Shown one piece after another: positions 5,633 through 7,307 of a stretch of DNA of 7,307 nt. Source of the DNA: a virus (Duplodnaviria > Heunggongvirae > Uroviricota > Caudoviricetes); IMG/VR virus record IMGVR_UViG_2619619129_000005. One strand, given 5' to 3'. The stretch's first letter is position 1; every line of letters begins with the position of its first letter. A program made the translations under genes and the position numbers. The notes below the pieces were generated by a model, which had not been told where the DNA came from, did no database searches, and worked only from the letters and a program-made list of their open reading frames with translations.

Positions 5633-5851
5633 ATGCAGAAACGAGAACCCGTCATCATCGCGCCAGACTATACCGATGATGAACTTTATGAGTGGATGCG
5701 CCAGAAAATTAATGCAGCGCAGGATCTGAAATGGGCTAATGAAGCCAGGGTTAAGCAGGCTGAAAATCTGTCCGCTCTGGAGCAGGATATCACCAATCTG
5801 GAAAAAGCAGCGGCATTAAGCATTGCCAGAATGATTACATACCCGCGTTAA
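5633..5851 (+). CDS. ydfC: Small prophage protein (72 aa), YdfC-like
   Basis: ATG 5633 with GAGGA 6-7 nt upstream; product MQKREPVIIAPDYTDDELYEWMRQKINAAQDLKWANEARVKQAENLSALEQDITNLEKAAALSIARMITYPR. Size and position match K-12 ydfC; symbol by synteny. Confidence 0.65.
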   Translation: MQKREPVIIAPDYTDDELYEWMRQKINAAQDLKWANEARVKQAENLSALEQDITNLEKAAALSIARMITYPR

Positions 5852-6192
5852 TAGATAACCAACGAAGCTAAGGTTGGTAATTAAGGAGTTCTCCACGGGT
5901 GAGGTGGAGTGCGTGCGCCGGACACGGGTGAGCATCCGGCACTGACAGTTTACTGAAAGGATATTTCCCTGAAAAGTCAGACCATAACGCGAAAGCGCAC
6001 GGCGAGGTAGCTGGTTCATAGATAGCCTGTCGTTAAATTTTCGTCGACCGTGCGCTTCCGGTTGTGGCAATCCGCGAAATGGCGCGGCGGTAAGTATGGC
6101 GGGGGTATTCCTTCCCCCGTTGAGGACACCGGGTTGTCAGGTTGACCATACGCTTAAGTGACAACCCCGCTGCAACGCCCTCTGTTATCAAT

Positions 6193-6250
6193 TTTCTGGT
6201 GACGTTTGGCGGTATCAGTTTTACTCCGTGACTGCTCTGCCGCCCTTTTT
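6193..6250 (+). ncRNA. dicF: DicF-like small RNA (about 53 nt) with intrinsic terminator
   Basis: TTTCTGGTGACGTTTGGCGGTATCAGTTTTACTCCGTGACTGCTCTGCCGCCC (6193..6245) followed by TTTTT (6246..6250). GGCGG (6209..6213) pairs with CCGCC (6240..6244). The sequence agrees with my recollection of K-12 DicF and sits in the long gap between ydfC and dicB. Exact 5' end is uncertain because it is made by processing. Confidence 0.6.
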
Positions 6251-6419
6251 AAAGTGAATTTTGTGATGCGGTGAATGCGGCTAAGCGCACGCGGAACAGT
6301 TAAAACCAAAAACAGTGTTATGGGTGGATTCTCTGTATCCGACGTTAATTGTTAACTGGTTAACGTCACCTGGAGGCACCAGGCACTGCATCACAAAATT
6401 CATTGTTGAGGACGCGATA

Positions 6420-6608
6420 ATGAAAACGTTATTACCAAACGTTAATACGTCTGAAGGTTGTTTTGAAATTGGTGTCACTATCAGTAACCCTGTATTTACT
6501 GAAGATGCCATTAACAAGAGAAAACAAGAACGGGAGCTATTAAATAAAATATGCATTGTTTCAATGCTGGCTCGTTTACGTCTAATGCCAAAAGGATGTG
6601 CACAATGA
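6420..6608 (+). CDS. dicB: Cell-division inhibitor DicB (62 aa)
   Basis: Product MKTLLPNVNTSEGCFEIGVTISNPVFTEDAINKRKQERELLNKICIVSMLARLRLMPKGCAQ matches DicB as I recall it. ATG 6420 with GAGGA (6408..6412) 7 nt upstream. The ORF-track version (from 6315) includes an unlikely 5' extension. Confidence 0.85.
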   Translation: MKTLLPNVNTSEGCFEIGVTISNPVFTEDAINKRKQERELLNKICIVSMLARLRLMPKGCAQ

Positions 6609-6796
6609 ATTCAGCATTTGCGCTTGTTCTGACAGTTTTTCTTGTTTCCGGAGTGTCAGTTGATATTGCAGTCAGTGTTCACAGGACAATGCAGGAGTGT
6701 ATGACTGCAGCAACCGAACAGAAAATTCCCGGTAACTGTTACCCGGTCGATAAAGTTATTCACCAGGATAATATCGAAATCCCGGCAGGTCTTTAA
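6605..6796 (+). CDS. ydfD: Small membrane protein YdfD-like (63 aa), reported lysis-type protein
   Basis: ATG 6605 overlaps the dicB stop (ATGA); product MNSAFALVLTVFLVSGVSVDIAVSVHRTMQECMTAATEQKIPGNCYPVDKVIHQDNIEIPAGL with an N-terminal hydrophobic helix. Size and position match K-12 ydfD. Confidence 0.75.
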   Translation: MNSAFALVLTVFLVSGVSVDIAVSVHRTMQECMTAATEQKIPGNCYPVDKVIHQDNIEIPAGL

Positions 6797-6889
6797 AACA
6801 GTTCCGTAATAAATATCCGGTTTCATTTTTATATGCCAGCAATGGCAGGGATTTGTTCATCCTTAAATCTGTCATGAGGTTAAAACAAA

Positions 6890-7307
6890 ATGAGTAAAGT
6901 CTTTATTTGCGCCGCTATTCCTGACGAACTGGCAACAAGGGAAGAAGGCGCTGTGGCTGTAGCCACAGCCATTGAAGCTGGCGACGAACGCCGTGCTCGA
7001 GCAAAATTTCACTGGCAATTCCTGGAACATTATCCGGCTGCTCAGGACTGCGCTTATAAATTTATTGTCTGCGAGGATAAACCTGGTATACCCCGCCCTG
7101 CCCTCGATTCATGGGATGCTGAATATATGCAGGAAAACCGCTGGGATGAGGATTCTGCTTCTTTTGTCCCGGTTGAGACTGAATCCGATCTGATGAACGT
7201 CACTTTTGACAAGCTGGCCCCTGAAGTACAGAACGCTGTCATGGTTAAGTTCGACACATGTGAAAACATCACCGTTGATATGGTTATTAGCGCACAGGAA
7301 TTGTTGC
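6890..7307 (+). CDS. ydfE: Acidic prophage early protein, N-terminal 139 codons (continues past window end), YdfE-like
   Basis: ATG 6890 with GAGGT 9 nt upstream; open frame to the window end: MSKVFICAAIPDELATREEGAVAVATAIEAGDERRARAKFHWQFLEHYPAAQDCAYKFIVCEDKPGIPRPALDSWDAEYMQENRWDEDSASFVPVETESDLMNVTFDKLAPEVQNAVMVKFDTCENITVDMVISAQELL. Absent from the ORF track because it has no stop in the window. Symbol by synteny only. Confidence 0.6.
   Translation, partial: MSKVFICAAIPDELATREEGAVAVATAIEAGDERRARAKFHWQFLEHYPAAQDCAYKFIVCEDKPGIPRPALDSWDAEYMQENRWDEDSASFVPVETESDLMNVTFDKLAPEVQNAVMVKFDTCENITVDMVISAQELL

Noticed and set aside
5237-5679. ORFs 5237..5473 (long form), 5263..5490 (minus), 5421..5618 (minus), 5470..5679 (plus)
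   Set aside because: Overlap the compact ydfA/ydfB-like genes in other frames or strands. The 5237 start is kept only as an alternative N-terminus because ATG 5318 has the better Shine-Dalgarno and gives the expected 51-aa product.
6253-6403. CRP binding site (TGTGA ... TCACA)
   Set aside because: The TGTGA (6262..6266) and TCACA (6391..6395) half-sites are about 125 bp apart rather than separated by 6 bp, so this is a long-range inverted repeat, not a CRP site.
6315-6419. 5' extension of dicB from 6315
   Set aside because: The known-size 62-aa product starts at ATG 6420 with a well-placed GAGGA; the extension runs through the palindrome and inverted-repeat arm.
5816-6556. Minus-strand ORFs 5816..6070 and 6281..6556
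   Set aside because: Lie across the structured DicF precursor region and the dicB leader; no ribosome-binding sites; more likely by-products of GC-rich hairpin sequence.
6972-7272. ORFs 6972..7193 (plus) and 7054..7272 (minus)
   Set aside because: Overlap the open ydfE-like frame, which starts with a good ribosome-binding site at 6890 and runs uninterrupted to the window end.

Overview
This window reads as the early/immunity region of a lambdoid prophage in an enterobacterial (E. coli-like) genome, with Qin/Rac-type gene content. Gene identities are from reading the sequence and recalling K-12 prophage proteins; no database search was possible, so names beyond relBE and dicB are family-level. 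Layout, left to right: relE (partial) and relB with a relO-like operator; a lipoprotein gene; an unexplained inverted repeat; two unassigned minus-strand ORFs; a replication-initiator gene carrying an iteron-type origin inside its coding sequence; a YdaT-like gene and a small Cro-like HTH gene; a divergent operator region; a DicA/CI-like repressor with a LexA-type C-terminal domain; a terminator and OL-like operator; then the plus-strand ydfA-ydfB-ydfC / DicF sRNA / dicB-ydfD-ydfE operon. The most notable observations are (1) the repressor keeps the Ala-Gly cleavage site and Lys but has Ala where LexA/CI have the catalytic Ser, (2) a two-cluster CGTGAC iteron origin with a 21-bp exact repeat inside the replication gene, (3) a GTAAC-N4-GTTAC operator family at both OR and OL, and (4) a structured ~570-bp non-coding region carrying DicF with a long-range inverted repeat ahead of dicB. 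I saw no CRISPR array, tRNA/rRNA or intact IS element. The region between relB and the replication gene (lipoprotein, an ORF with no ATG, a 140-aa basic protein) is the least explained and the best place to look for an undescribed accessory function.
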